A stretch of DNA of 64,000 nt, from the NCBI GenBank assembly GCA_910577295.1, contig CAJTLS010000015.1, positions 823 to 64,822 on the forward strand, given 5' to 3'. The position numbers and the translations under genes were made by a program. Shown piece after piece: positions 35,657 through 46,234 of this stretch. The DNA is from an uncultured Eubacterium sp. Lineage in GTDB: Bacteria; Bacillota; Clostridia; Lachnospirales; Lachnospiraceae. The notes under the pieces are model-generated. The model was not told the DNA's origin. It was given only the letters and a program-made list of their open reading frames with translations, and ran no database searches. Position 1 is the stretch's first letter, and the number at the start of each line of letters is the position of its first letter.

Positions 35657-38600
35657 ATGAAAAAAACAGTTATCAGTGGGATTTTGGCAGTTTCTGTAGC
35701 CGCTTCTATATGTGTTACAGGTTCTTTTTACGGAAGTAATGAAAATATCAGTTTTGCTTCCTCGGAACAGATTCCGGCGTCAATCGTAAACACAGGGGAG
35801 CTCACTGCAAAGAGAACGGAGTTTGTCAAGCAGTTTTCCATGAGCGATGGCAGTTACACTGCAGTCACTTATTCCATGCCGGTTCATTATAAAAAATCAA
35901 AAGGCGGCAATTGGAAAGAGATTGATACAACCCTTGTCAAATCCGGCAAAAAGAATTACAAGACAAAAGCTACTGACCTTTCCATTCGGGTATCTAAAAA
36001 AGCTAATAAAAAATCGATAGTATCCATGAAACGGGGAAAGAGCCGTCTGTCACTTGCCCTCAAAGGCAAGAAAGTGCGGGCAGCCAAAGCAAAAGTCAGC
36101 AATCCGAAGAAATCCGTGCCGGCGGATGTTTTGAATCAGAATAAAGTCACCTATAAAAAAGTACTGAAAAATACGAATGTCTCCTATGATATTTTTCCGG
36201 AAAAAGTGCAGGAAATCGTCTCTGTAAATAAAAAACAGAAAAGAAAATCGTATTCCTTTCAAACCGGTACGGCATTGAAAGTAAAAGTTAAAGGTAAAAA
36301 AGTTTATTTTAAGAGTAAAAAGGGAAAGACAAAATTTACCCGCATGGGCACGAAAATAACCGATGCCAACGGAGTAACGACATCAAAAGTAAAGCTTTCC
36401 TACAACAAAAAGAAAAAGATATTAAAAGTAACGCCGGACAAAAAATGGTGGAACAGCAAAAAGAGAAAGTTTCCGTTGGAAATCCGCACAACCTATCTGA
36501 CTGACAAGCACCGTCGGGATGTGAAAGTAGGCGCTGCCTATGCCGGTTCGCCAAACAGTAACTACGGGTACGATAAGTCGTTGTTACTGCAGGCTAACAA
36601 ATGTGTGGCATTTACCAAAATGTCCACGCTGGCAGAATTAAAACAGCCAAACGTTCAGATACTGGACGCCTCACTGAATATTAAAAACGAAAAGACGATG
36701 AAACTCGGGGCAGGAAAGACATTTGACATTGGAGTACATAAGGTGAAACAGAACTGGAGCGTCAACGCGCTCACTTACAATAACCGGCCGGCCTATGAAG
36801 CTGCTGCTTCTGCCACAGTGGGGCTCCAGAAAGCGGGAAACTACCAGTGTGACGTGACCGGCATGGTAAAAGACTGGTATGCCGGAGAAGCCAGCTACGG
36901 CGTGGCGCTGGTGGCAGACAACGCCAACCGCGCCTATCAGGCAAAGATTGACCGCAATCCGTATTTTAGCGTACATTATGAAATCGTCGGCTTTGAGGGG
37001 GCCGTGGAATTAAAAGAGAACCAGCCGCTTACCCGCTCCGTTTTGCAGGCAGGGCAGGAAAACTATTATTACTTTGACGCCAAATCGGGCATTGCCTATG
37101 ATTTGTACACTACATCTGCGTTAGATACACAGGGAACGCTATATGATAGTGACAAAAAGCGTGTAGGTTTTGATGATAACAGTGGTCTGGGAAATAATTT
37201 CTCTTTCGTAAGGAGCTATGATGGCAGACGTTATTTGAAAGTTAATACAAAAGGAACAGCTACCGGAGAATATACCCTTACATTGAAAAAGCGGTTTGAT
37301 ATAGCGGAACCGACAGGTAAGATTGGACAGGATAGTTACATCATTAGCTGGAATCCGATTGAACATGCGAAACAATATGTTGTTACAATTTATGATACAA
37401 ATGGTAAAGTGGGCGAAGCGCTTACCGCTGATACTTCTTATGAGTATGTATATACTCCGGAAACGGTCGGAAAGACACTTGCTTTTACGGTGACACCGGA
37501 GGAAAGCGAGCATTTAATGGGAGAACCTTCACGCAAAATCTATAATAGAAACAATGCATCGGAGTGGAATTATGACACTCCGATGTCAGAGGGGAAAATC
37601 AACTTTGCTAGTGCAGTGTGTAAAGATAAAGTATATATTTTAGGTGGTGAAAATAGGGAAAATGGTATGGTTTGCAAAGATTTGGAAGTGTTTGATACAC
37701 AAAAGCAGACATGGAAAAAGGTTAGCGGGTATCCGGAACATATTGATGGTATCTGTAACGCGGCAATGGTAACGCTGGCTGACAAATTATATGTTATTGG
37801 TGGACAGACAAATACCGGAAGTACAGCTAAGACAATAAAGGAAGTTTATTGTTATGAGCCGGACAGCAACCGATGGGAAAAATTGGCAGATTTACCGGAG
37901 GGAAGAACGGGGGTGCCTGTGACCGTATGCGATGGTAAGATTTATGTTTTTGCCAAAGCAGGTACTACGGAGCAGGTAGATATTTATAACCCGTCTGAGA
38001 ACAAGTGGTCGTCAACGGCAAAAGCAGATACAAGTGTCAATTTGCAGGCGCAGACAATTGATGGCAAGATTTTTGTGTTGCGTGAGAAAGCTTCTGCTGA
38101 TGGTACGCTTCCTGCCAAAGTATATTGGGAGGAATATCTGCCGGAAAGCGGGGAATACGATAATGCAGGTTCAGAGCTGGCATTGACAGACGCAGACCGC
38201 TATCAATCAGGAACGGTAATCAACAGTAAAATATATATGGTCAATAATAATAGAACCAATCAGGTGATTTGTTATGATATTTATCTGGACACTTGGAATA
38301 AAGTTCCAGTTCTGAATTTGCAGAAAGAGTTTTCCCAAATACAGTCCGTGGGCAGCACACTGTATAATATAGGCGGTTATATGCAGGGATTTGGAATATT
38401 GGATGTATTGGAAGTCTATCCTGTAAAAAATTTGCAGATTACAAAACCGATGGATGTAAAACAGGGTGAATCTTATGAATTACAAGTCAATGCGGGGAAG
38501 TGCGAAGACAATACAGACTATCTTGTAACGGTACGGATTGACACAAAGATGCTGGCTTTTAGAAGAACATCTTCCTTTATGCAGAAGGAGGAAATGAAAA

Positions 38601-38773
38601 AGGGAAAAGATGGGGTTCAGTTAATGAGTTGTACGCCGGAAAAGGGTGTAATGGTATTAAAATTGCACAGCAAAATGGAAGCCGGCGTTACTTTTGAGGC
38701 ATATCAGTCTATTCCGGTAATGGGATTACAGGATGGAACAACGATAGCTACGATGGAAGTTGAGAAAAAATAA
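35657..38773 (+). CDS. Secreted DNRLRE-type (CBM96-like) domain plus Kelch-repeat protein
   Basis: Signal peptide. KQNWSVNALTYNNRP...CDVTGMVKDWYAGEASYGVALVADNAN is the DNRLRE-domain pattern. Repeated KVYILGG/KLYVIGG/KIYVF Kelch blades. K-rich N-terminal region. Confidence 0.7.
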   Translation: MKKTVISGILAVSVAASICVTGSFYGSNENISFASSEQIPASIVNTGELTAKRTEFVKQFSMSDGSYTAVTYSMPVHYKKSKGGNWKEIDTTLVKSGKKNYKTKATDLSIRVSKKANKKSIVSMKRGKSRLSLALKGKKVRAAKAKVSNPKKSVPADVLNQNKVTYKKVLKNTNVSYDIFPEKVQEIVSVNKKQKRKSYSFQTGTALKVKVKGKKVYFKSKKGKTKFTRMGTKITDANGVTTSKVKLSYNKKKKILKVTPDKKWWNSKKRKFPLEIRTTYLTDKHRRDVKVGAAYAGSPNSNYGYDKSLLLQANKCVAFTKMSTLAELKQPNVQILDASLNIKNEKTMKLGAGKTFDIGVHKVKQNWSVNALTYNNRPAYEAAASATVGLQKAGNYQCDVTGMVKDWYAGEASYGVALVADNANRAYQAKIDRNPYFSVHYEIVGFEGAVELKENQPLTRSVLQAGQENYYYFDAKSGIAYDLYTTSALDTQGTLYDSDKKRVGFDDNSGLGNNFSFVRSYDGRRYLKVNTKGTATGEYTLTLKKRFDIAEPTGKIGQDSYIISWNPIEHAKQYVVTIYDTNGKVGEALTADTSYEYVYTPETVGKTLAFTVTPEESEHLMGEPSRKIYNRNNASEWNYDTPMSEGKINFASAVCKDKVYILGGENRENGMVCKDLEVFDTQKQTWKKVSGYPEHIDGICNAAMVTLADKLYVIGGQTNTGSTAKTIKEVYCYEPDSNRWEKLADLPEGRTGVPVTVCDGKIYVFAKAGTTEQVDIYNPSENKWSSTAKADTSVNLQAQTIDGKIFVLREKASADGTLPAKVYWEEYLPESGEYDNAGSELALTDADRYQSGTVINSKIYMVNNNRTNQVICYDIYLDTWNKVPVLNLQKEFSQIQSVGSTLYNIGGYMQGFGILDVLEVYPVKNLQITKPMDVKQGESYELQVNAGKCEDNTDYLVTVRIDTKMLAFRRTSSFMQKEEMKKGKDGVQLMSCTPEKGVMVLKLHSKMEAGVTFEAYQSIPVMGLQDGTTIATMEVEKK

Positions 38774-38805
38774 AGGATAATGTTACAAAGGTAAGGGATG
38801 GCCCG

Positions 38806-39471
38806 ATGAAGAAACTAAGTATAAATTTTTTGACCCGAAAAAGATTATTTGTTATAGCAGTGATTATGTTACTAATCACTGCGGGAGTGTTCTTATGTAT
38901 TGTTTTTATGCAGAGAGCCGAGAGGAATTCAGCGCCAAAACAAAAAGCGGCATGGGAGCAGTTAAGTCCGGATGAGCAGAAGATTGCGGGGATTTATGCG
39001 CAATTGTATGATGTGCCGGAAGAAAAGGTTGCGAAACTAAAACTTGATATGAAAGACTGGAACAGCGTAAACAGCAGACTGGATACAGAATATTTTACGA
39101 TAAGCGAAACGGAAAAGTATCAGATGTCAGAGCAGGGATATTCTCTGGAAGATTTATACGAGGCAGAAACGCTGGCCAGAAAGACAGGAAAAAAGGCATC
39201 GGTGCTGGCAAAGGAAAAGGGGAAAGCAGCCGAGGGGAAAAAATGGTCTGAAATTTTGCCGGATAACCGAAAGGATAGTTTAGAGGAAAAACTGGGGTTG
39301 ACGAAAGCGCAGATAAAAATTCTGAAAAGGAAGAATTATAATCGGGATGAAAGAATTGATATTGCCTTACTTTGTTTTAACAGACAGGAAGCCTTTGAAA
39401 GCATTATGAAAAAGATAGAATCGGGACGAAGTATCAAAGTACTAAAGGAGGAGACAGCTTATGAGAAATAA
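38806..39471 (+). CDS. Single-pass membrane protein, hypothetical (RHS operon)
   Basis: N-terminal TM segment LFVIAVIMLLITAGVFLCIVF. The 3' end overlaps the RHS start by 11 nt. Confidence 0.55.
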   Translation: MKKLSINFLTRKRLFVIAVIMLLITAGVFLCIVFMQRAERNSAPKQKAAWEQLSPDEQKIAGIYAQLYDVPEEKVAKLKLDMKDWNSVNSRLDTEYFTISETEKYQMSEQGYSLEDLYEAETLARKTGKKASVLAKEKGKAAEGKKWSEILPDNRKDSLEEKLGLTKAQIKILKRKNYNRDERIDIALLCFNRQEAFESIMKKIESGRSIKVLKEETAYEK

Positions 39472-42400
39472 ATTATTAAAAGCTATGCTGGCGGTTCTGG
39501 GATTATTTGTCGGAATTTTAATAAATACAGGCAACTGCTATGCGGTAGATAATCAATATACGTCTGCTAAGGATGCCGTGTATGCAACTACATATAAAGA
39601 TATCTTTTATAATAAGACAGCAGGTTCTCCTTTAGAATATGAAGCAGAAAACGGGGTAGATAAAGCTACAGGACATCTGACACTGCAAAGAACAGATTTG
39701 GATTTACTTGGAACCGGTGGAATGGATTTTGCGCTGACCCGCTATTATGACAGCAATGAAGCAAACATCGGTCAGCCGTCGGTACAGCATGTCAAAAAAT
39801 TAGATGTAGACAATATGGAAATCAGTTTTCAGGGGGAAGATGGGAAAAAGCACACCTTTGTTGTATCGGTAGATATTTTTAATAATCATTCTGCGGCGCT
39901 CAAAGATATGTTTATTGACTATAAAGCAGGAGGCGATGTCAGAGAGGATACCGAGACAGATACACAAAAAACTCAGGTTATTGATAACCGTTCTTATAAT
40001 GTCTATGGAATCAGCAGTGGATGGTCATTTGATTTCCCTTGGATTGAAACGATGAGCATTAAAGAGGGAGCGGAGAGCAAGTGGTCTGCGAAGCCGATTT
40101 ATCTTCATTGGGGAAGCAAAGGTGCCATGGCAATTTCTACCAGTGAAAATAGTGGCAACAAAACTTATCGTATAACCGGATTAGACAATTATGGGTATTA
40201 TGACGTAAAATTGGAGGATTTTAATAAGACAGTAGATGGTGTGAAGTGTCGTTATTTACTTCGGGATAAGACCGGACTTCGCACATATTTTAATGCCGAC
40301 GGAGTAATTGTACTGCAAAGGGATGCCCATAATAATGCTATCCATTATTCTTATCGCGATAAAATATATTTTGATAAAATTATTGATTCCGTGGGCAGGG
40401 AGATTTGTTTTCACTATGGCGCGGAGAAAAACGGACAGCGTTTTTTGCAGCAAGTTACGGTGCAGGGAGAGAACGTGGACGGGGGAGTGTCCAAAAAGAC
40501 AATAAGCTACTCCCTTTCCGAAACTTCTTATAAACCAAAGAATGGCAAGAAAATATATGGAAGCAAATTGAATTGTGTTACGGTAGATGGAAGCAAAGAA
40601 GAATATACTTACCGGACGGTAGAAACATTTGTCAACACTTCCGGTTGGAGAATTGCGGCTCACCGTGCCGATACGAATCAGGCGTATTTGCTTAAGAGTG
40701 TTACCTGTGACGGCACGATAACAAACTATGAATATCGGGCGGGAACGATACGGGGAACAAAAGACGGTGTGGAAGGACAAAAAAGAGATGTTGCCACACA
40801 GTTTTATTATGTAACCCGTGAATATAAGCAGGACGCCAAAACAAATAAAAAGGCGGAAGGAATTAAGTATGACTATTTCCAGAAGCAGAAAGACAGGGAT
40901 AAGCTTGTATCTTATGCGGATGGTTTTGATGAAATTGACACACAGCAGTATGGAGAAGACGGGCTCCGTAATGTAACGGTTATCAGCAGCTATAACCCGA
41001 AAAAGCACAAAGATAATGGACGTTATTCGGATTATGTGTATAAAAAATCTTCGTTGGATTTTAGTACGCTGCATTTGAGCAGTAAGCCGAAAAAGAATGT
41101 CAGCCTGTATATTTATAATACGAAGAAAATGCTGACGGCGGAAATTGAAGATGGAAGCAGTAAGAGCGAAACCCTTTACAGCTATGACAAGGATGGGAAG
41201 GGGTCTCTTGTCGTACAGCAGACAGACAAATTTTATGGAAAGAACAGAAGTAAGAAACCAATTACGGATAAGCAGGGATTTACTTACGATACTTATCGCA
41301 ATCTTCTTACAAGGAAAAGTCCGAAAGCATATAAAGCGAAGTATGCAGGAAAGGAGCATTTGTTTACTGCTCATTACGCCTATTATCAAACCTCACAGGG
41401 ATATCCGGCAGAAGATAAACCGTTTTGTTTGTGTACTCTTATCAAAGACGAAGAATATCTGAATGGCAGCGATAAAGTGAAGTTAGTCAGTACAATTGCG
41501 GATAATGGCTTGGATTACAAAACGATATCGGAGGAGATAAAAGAGGGGAGCAGGGATTACCGTACAATATCAAAAACCGATTTCTCCTATGATACAAAAG
41601 GAAATGAGACAAAGGGGATTGTATATCCTTATTTTGACACGCAGGGATTGAAAGAGGTAATTGAAAATAATTATACCTATAATGCACAGGGACAGCAGAC
41701 GAAAAAGACAGTTACTTTGACATCCGCCAAAAATCCGGAGCAAAACCGCACTTATATGGAGGAAGAAGCCGTTTATGATTCTTTTGGAAATATTGTAAGT
41801 GAAACGAATCAGGATGACTATACTACAAAATATCAGTATGATGAAGAAACAGGAGAAACGAAACACAGTGTAGAGGGTGTTGGAACAGAATATGAATATT
41901 CACAAGATAAGATGATTTCCGGAGACGGTTTAAAGACAATGTCCGTAGACCAGTACAATCGGTGCATGGTGGAATTTTTGGATGCTTTTGGAAATACCGT
42001 TGTAGAAAAGGATGAGAAATCCGGCACATGGACGGAAAGTACTTATGATTATGGGGAGGAAACGCTGTCTTCTGATGAGGAAGAAGAGGGCAGCAGCCAG
42101 TTAGTAGAAGAAAGAGTATATAGTTTTGAGCCAGAAGGCGACAACTATATTAATCATGAGGATGGAACCAAAGCGCCAAATTATGATATCGGTGGAAAAG
42201 GGCAGAAAGTATTAAGTGGCAGCCGCTATATTTATGATGATTATGGAGAGGAGATTGTAAGCGCTTCCTTTTCAGGCGGTGCAATGGACGCGGCTCACTG
42301 TTCTGCATGGACAGTAACGAAAGAGACAGAGGATGTCACGGAGAATCAGATTGTTACCCGCACTTATATAAAGCAATTAAATCCCCAAAAGTATCAGCAG

Positions 42401-45400
42401 GAGATTGACAGGAACAATTATTATAATCAGTTTGATGGCAGTGTTCTTAGCGAAACAGTAGAAGAGACCGTGACAGATGAAGAAGGGAATGTTGTCTCTG
42501 AAAAGACTACTTATATCTGTGGAGAGGAAAAGTCGGAAACGGTCACTACCTATACTTGTGATGAGGCAGGGCAGGTTTCTTCTGAATATAGTAAGATACG
42601 GAAGTATGAAAACGGAACATGGCTTCCGGCAAAAGAAACACAGAGCAATTACCAATATGATTATCAGGGGAATGTTATACAGACAGAACTGCGCCAAAAG
42701 GAAGAAGGACAGGCTGAGTGGGCAACCCAGACTACCCGTGCGGAATTTGATGAACAGGGAAATCAGACAGCAGAATATAGTCCGCGTGGAGTAAAGGAAG
42801 GATATGCTTCTAAATATGAGTATGATATTCTCGGCAGAATGATTCGCGAAGAGATTCCATTGGAGAAAAAAGATGGTAAAATCGAATATCAGACAAAAAA
42901 GACAGAGTATGATAATTCGGACAATATTGTGGCGACGGAGGAACAGCAGACAGATACGAAATCCATCCGCACCGAATTTTCTTATGATAAACGTGGAAAT
43001 CTTATTTTAGTAAAGAACTGCTTGGAAAATGACACGGCACAATATACCCAGTATGTATATGACGCAGAGGGAAACAAAATCCGCCAGATTACCGGATTGA
43101 CCAGCCCGCTTGCCATATCGCTTGCGGAAGGAACGGGCGAAAATCCCTATAAGTATGCAGGCCATCAATATTCTGTCAACATCAGCGGTAAAAAGAAGTC
43201 TGATATTTACAGTGAATCAAAGTATGAGTATAATAAAAGAAATGAGCTGACTTCTTTTATTGATTCAGAAGGAAGAAAAGAATCTTATACTTATGATGAA
43301 TATGGAAACCTCACAGAAACAAAGGATAAAAACGGCAATACCATAACCGGAAAATTTGACTACCAAAACCGGTTGACAGAATCTGTTGCCAAAGAAAAGG
43401 AAACCGGAAAGAAAACGGTACATACATATCAATATGATAAATATGGCGAGTTGTCAAAGCAGGATAATACTTCTTTTGCATATGACAATGTTTCCGGTCA
43501 GGTCACAAAGGAGACAACTACCGCAGGCAAAGGAAGCAAAATTGAAAAATCGTATGCTTATGACAGTGACGATAACAGGACTTCTTTCTCCGTCAGTGTG
43601 GACGGTAAAACAGAGTTAGATTATCGCTATGAGTATGACGCTTTTTCCCGTCTCTCCAAAGTAAAGCAGGCAGAGCACGGCAACACACGACAAATAGCGG
43701 CTTATACTTATGATGAAGATGGCAATCTTTCCAGTCGGGAGGCCACGGAAGCAGGACTGAACAGTCAGTATACTTTTGATTATGCTAACCGTTTGACGAA
43801 AATGGATAACAAGACGGCCGATAAGAGCATTTCCTCTTATCAGTCCACTTACTTGAAAAACGGGCAGAAAGCGTCAGAAGAATCGCAAATATCAACAGAA
43901 ACAAAGGAGAGTGATAAGAAAAAGGCAGCCTATACTTATGATTTGTTAGGGCGGCTGACAAAAGAAACAAATTCCGGTCAGGAAAGTGTATCCTATACCT
44001 ATGATGCCCATAATAACCGTAAGGAAATGAAAGTGGGCAATCTTACGACGGCTTACCGGTATAATAAAAATGAAGAACTGCTTCGCTCCGATACATTGAA
44101 TACGGACACGAAACAGGATTCTGTCACACTGTATAAGAATGATTATAATGGGAATCAGTTGGCGAAAGTAACGAGACGGAATGTGCAGGAAGACGGCACC
44201 TATTTTGATTTGGATGTGTCGCTCGGAGATAACCGCATAAATGACAATGTAGTTTATCATTATAATGCGCTGAATCAGTTGACGGAGACGTTGACGCGGG
44301 ATAAGAAAGTTACCTACGAATATGACGCAGAGGGCTTACGGACTGCTAAGACTGTCAATGGTAAAAAGACCATCTATATATGGGATGGTGACCAACTGGC
44401 GTTGGAGGTAACAGAATCTGGCAAAGTGCTTCGCCGCTATGTCAGGGGCAGCAGCCTGATATACAGCGACGAGGGGGCCGGAACGAAAAAGCAGTATTAT
44501 GTTATGAACCCTCATGGCGATGTGGTGCAGTTACTCGATGAAAGTGGTAATGTGACTAAGTCCTATGAGTATGATTCCTTTGGCAATGAAGTAAAACCGG
44601 ATAAAAAGGATGATAATCCGTTCCGCTATGCCGGAGAATACTATGATAAGGAAACGGCTTCCATTTATCTTCGGGCGAGGTATTATCAGCCGCAGCTGGG
44701 GAGATTCCAGACGAGGGACACTTATACGGGTGAGGATGATGACCCGCTGACGCTGCATTTGTATACTTATTGTGGAAATGACGCGGTGAATCGTGTTGAT
44801 TCGAGTGGGCATTTCTTTGAAACATTATTGGATATCGCAAGCATTGGCTATAGTATGTACTCATTGATTACTGAACCATCGTGGGAAAACGCAGCTAATT
44901 TAGTTTGGGATGTAGCTGCTACAGTTGTTCCGGGAGTGCCGGGCTCCTATGTAGGAAAGGGCATCAAAGCAGTAAGCAAAGTAACAAAAAGTTCTAAAGC
45001 GGTACAAAAAGGTGTCAAGTATGCGAGTAAGGCTAAGAAAGCCATATCGGGTGCAAAGTCTGTAAAGAAAGTCAAAACTGCTGTTTCAAGCGCTAAAACC
45101 GTAGGGAAAAATCTTCTGAATAAGTCATCCCGTGCATTGAAAAAGCGTGTGAAGCTGACAGGGGAAAAGTTAGGAACACGTACTAAAAATGCGCTTAATA
45201 AGGCAGAAATTAATGTAAAAAAATTAACTAGTAAAAGAAAAGGTAGAAAAATAAAAAATGGAGGTAAAACAGGAGAGCGTGCATTAATAAAAAAATATGG
45301 GGGAGAATCTCAAAAGTATTTTAAAACTTCTTTAGGAGGCCGGTATATTGACCAGTTTGCCAGAGGAGTTGCACATGAGTCGAAAGTAGGTTATACCTCA

Positions 45401-45577
45401 TTAACAAAGAGTATTAGGCTTCAAATATTAAAAGATATTGAGTTAATTAATAATAGAGTGATAAAAAGTTCTCATTGGCATTTTTATAAAAGTCCGAAGA
45501 CAGGAAAAATTGGGGCATCAAAACCTTTGCGTGATTTTTTGGATAAGCATGGAATAAAGTATTCATACGGCGAGTGA
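39461..45577 (+). CDS. RHS/YD-repeat polymorphic toxin with signal peptide and a C-terminal PD-(D/E)xK nuclease-like toxin domain
   Basis: Dozens of YD repeats (YTYDAHNNR, YEYDAEGLRTAK...). RHS core end is PFRYAGEYYDKETASIYLRARYYQPQLGRFQTRD...NRVDSSGH. The C-terminal region reads GKTGERAL...RYIDQFARGVAHESKVGY. Confidence 0.9.
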   Translation: MRNKLLKAMLAVLGLFVGILINTGNCYAVDNQYTSAKDAVYATTYKDIFYNKTAGSPLEYEAENGVDKATGHLTLQRTDLDLLGTGGMDFALTRYYDSNEANIGQPSVQHVKKLDVDNMEISFQGEDGKKHTFVVSVDIFNNHSAALKDMFIDYKAGGDVREDTETDTQKTQVIDNRSYNVYGISSGWSFDFPWIETMSIKEGAESKWSAKPIYLHWGSKGAMAISTSENSGNKTYRITGLDNYGYYDVKLEDFNKTVDGVKCRYLLRDKTGLRTYFNADGVIVLQRDAHNNAIHYSYRDKIYFDKIIDSVGREICFHYGAEKNGQRFLQQVTVQGENVDGGVSKKTISYSLSETSYKPKNGKKIYGSKLNCVTVDGSKEEYTYRTVETFVNTSGWRIAAHRADTNQAYLLKSVTCDGTITNYEYRAGTIRGTKDGVEGQKRDVATQFYYVTREYKQDAKTNKKAEGIKYDYFQKQKDRDKLVSYADGFDEIDTQQYGEDGLRNVTVISSYNPKKHKDNGRYSDYVYKKSSLDFSTLHLSSKPKKNVSLYIYNTKKMLTAEIEDGSSKSETLYSYDKDGKGSLVVQQTDKFYGKNRSKKPITDKQGFTYDTYRNLLTRKSPKAYKAKYAGKEHLFTAHYAYYQTSQGYPAEDKPFCLCTLIKDEEYLNGSDKVKLVSTIADNGLDYKTISEEIKEGSRDYRTISKTDFSYDTKGNETKGIVYPYFDTQGLKEVIENNYTYNAQGQQTKKTVTLTSAKNPEQNRTYMEEEAVYDSFGNIVSETNQDDYTTKYQYDEETGETKHSVEGVGTEYEYSQDKMISGDGLKTMSVDQYNRCMVEFLDAFGNTVVEKDEKSGTWTESTYDYGEETLSSDEEEEGSSQLVEERVYSFEPEGDNYINHEDGTKAPNYDIGGKGQKVLSGSRYIYDDYGEEIVSASFSGGAMDAAHCSAWTVTKETEDVTENQIVTRTYIKQLNPQKYQQEIDRNNYYNQFDGSVLSETVEETVTDEEGNVVSEKTTYICGEEKSETVTTYTCDEAGQVSSEYSKIRKYENGTWLPAKETQSNYQYDYQGNVIQTELRQKEEGQAEWATQTTRAEFDEQGNQTAEYSPRGVKEGYASKYEYDILGRMIREEIPLEKKDGKIEYQTKKTEYDNSDNIVATEEQQTDTKSIRTEFSYDKRGNLILVKNCLENDTAQYTQYVYDAEGNKIRQITGLTSPLAISLAEGTGENPYKYAGHQYSVNISGKKKSDIYSESKYEYNKRNELTSFIDSEGRKESYTYDEYGNLTETKDKNGNTITGKFDYQNRLTESVAKEKETGKKTVHTYQYDKYGELSKQDNTSFAYDNVSGQVTKETTTAGKGSKIEKSYAYDSDDNRTSFSVSVDGKTELDYRYEYDAFSRLSKVKQAEHGNTRQIAAYTYDEDGNLSSREATEAGLNSQYTFDYANRLTKMDNKTADKSISSYQSTYLKNGQKASEESQISTETKESDKKKAAYTYDLLGRLTKETNSGQESVSYTYDAHNNRKEMKVGNLTTAYRYNKNEELLRSDTLNTDTKQDSVTLYKNDYNGNQLAKVTRRNVQEDGTYFDLDVSLGDNRINDNVVYHYNALNQLTETLTRDKKVTYEYDAEGLRTAKTVNGKKTIYIWDGDQLALEVTESGKVLRRYVRGSSLIYSDEGAGTKKQYYVMNPHGDVVQLLDESGNVTKSYEYDSFGNEVKPDKKDDNPFRYAGEYYDKETASIYLRARYYQPQLGRFQTRDTYTGEDDDPLTLHLYTYCGNDAVNRVDSSGHFFETLLDIASIGYSMYSLITEPSWENAANLVWDVAATVVPGVPGSYVGKGIKAVSKVTKSSKAVQKGVKYASKAKKAISGAKSVKKVKTAVSSAKTVGKNLLNKSSRALKKRVKLTGEKLGTRTKNALNKAEINVKKLTSKRKGRKIKNGGKTGERALIKKYGGESQKYFKTSLGGRYIDQFARGVAHESKVGYTSLTKSIRLQILKDIELINNRVIKSSHWHFYKSPKTGKIGASKPLRDFLDKHGIKYSYGE

Positions 45578-45624
45578 CGTATTTTGGAAATTAATAGATT
45601 CTAATTTAAGAAGAAAGAAGATGA

Positions 45625-46095
45625 TATTATGGATTACCCAATATTTGAATCGGAGGCACCAATTCAAAAAAATAGTTTTGACAATTTTACTAAGGAAGAA
45701 GTGGAATTATATTTCAACTGGTATACGGGGCATATTGATGAAAGAATAGAATATCTGCAAAAGTATATACAAAAGGATGATATTTTAATAAAATTGGATT
45801 TTTCGGTGGCATCTCTGATTTCGGTTTGGGAATGGTATGAAAAGAAAATTGTAGTGGAGCATTATACGAGAAGAGAATTAAAAAAGGAGGCGAAGAAATA
45901 TCCGGATTGGCTTCGTGAGGAGATACTATCGGATGATACAAAAATTAGTGTAAACACACTGGCAATTTGCGATGATTTGGCGATATATTTTGCAGAAGTT
46001 ATACGAAGAAATAATTTAGAGCATATATATTGGGGATATTATACGAAACCTAAAAACCGCATGTCGGTAAATGAACCCGTTCTATTAGGTTTTGT
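45625..46095 (+). repeat. Direct repeat copy 1 (471 bp)
   Basis: Near-identical to 48753-49223; only scattered substitutions were seen on reading. Confidence 0.9.
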
Positions 46096-46216
46096 TAAGG
46101 ATATGGAGATGAATCCAAGAAGAATTGTGTATAATTGTACGCTTTGCTCAACTGAAAAGAAGGATAAAGAGATGCTAATAAATTTATATTATACGTGGAT
46201 AAAATATATTGAATGA
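45629..46216 (+). CDS. Probable cognate immunity protein of the RHS C-terminal toxin
   Basis: First ORF, 51 nt downstream of the toxin stop, in an AT-rich module. Function inferred from position only. Confidence 0.5.
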   Translation: MDYPIFESEAPIQKNSFDNFTKEEVELYFNWYTGHIDERIEYLQKYIQKDDILIKLDFSVASLISVWEWYEKKIVVEHYTRRELKKEAKKYPDWLREEILSDDTKISVNTLAICDDLAIYFAEVIRRNNLEHIYWGYYTKPKNRMSVNEPVLLGFVKDMEMNPRRIVYNCTLCSTEKKDKEMLINLYYTWIKYIE

Positions 46217-46234
46217 AAAATAAGGAGCATAGTT

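Noticed and set aside
40256-41389. 377-aa ORF antisense to the RHS gene
   Set aside because: It is embedded opposite unmistakable YD-repeat coding sequence and its translation is low-complexity. Shadow ORF.
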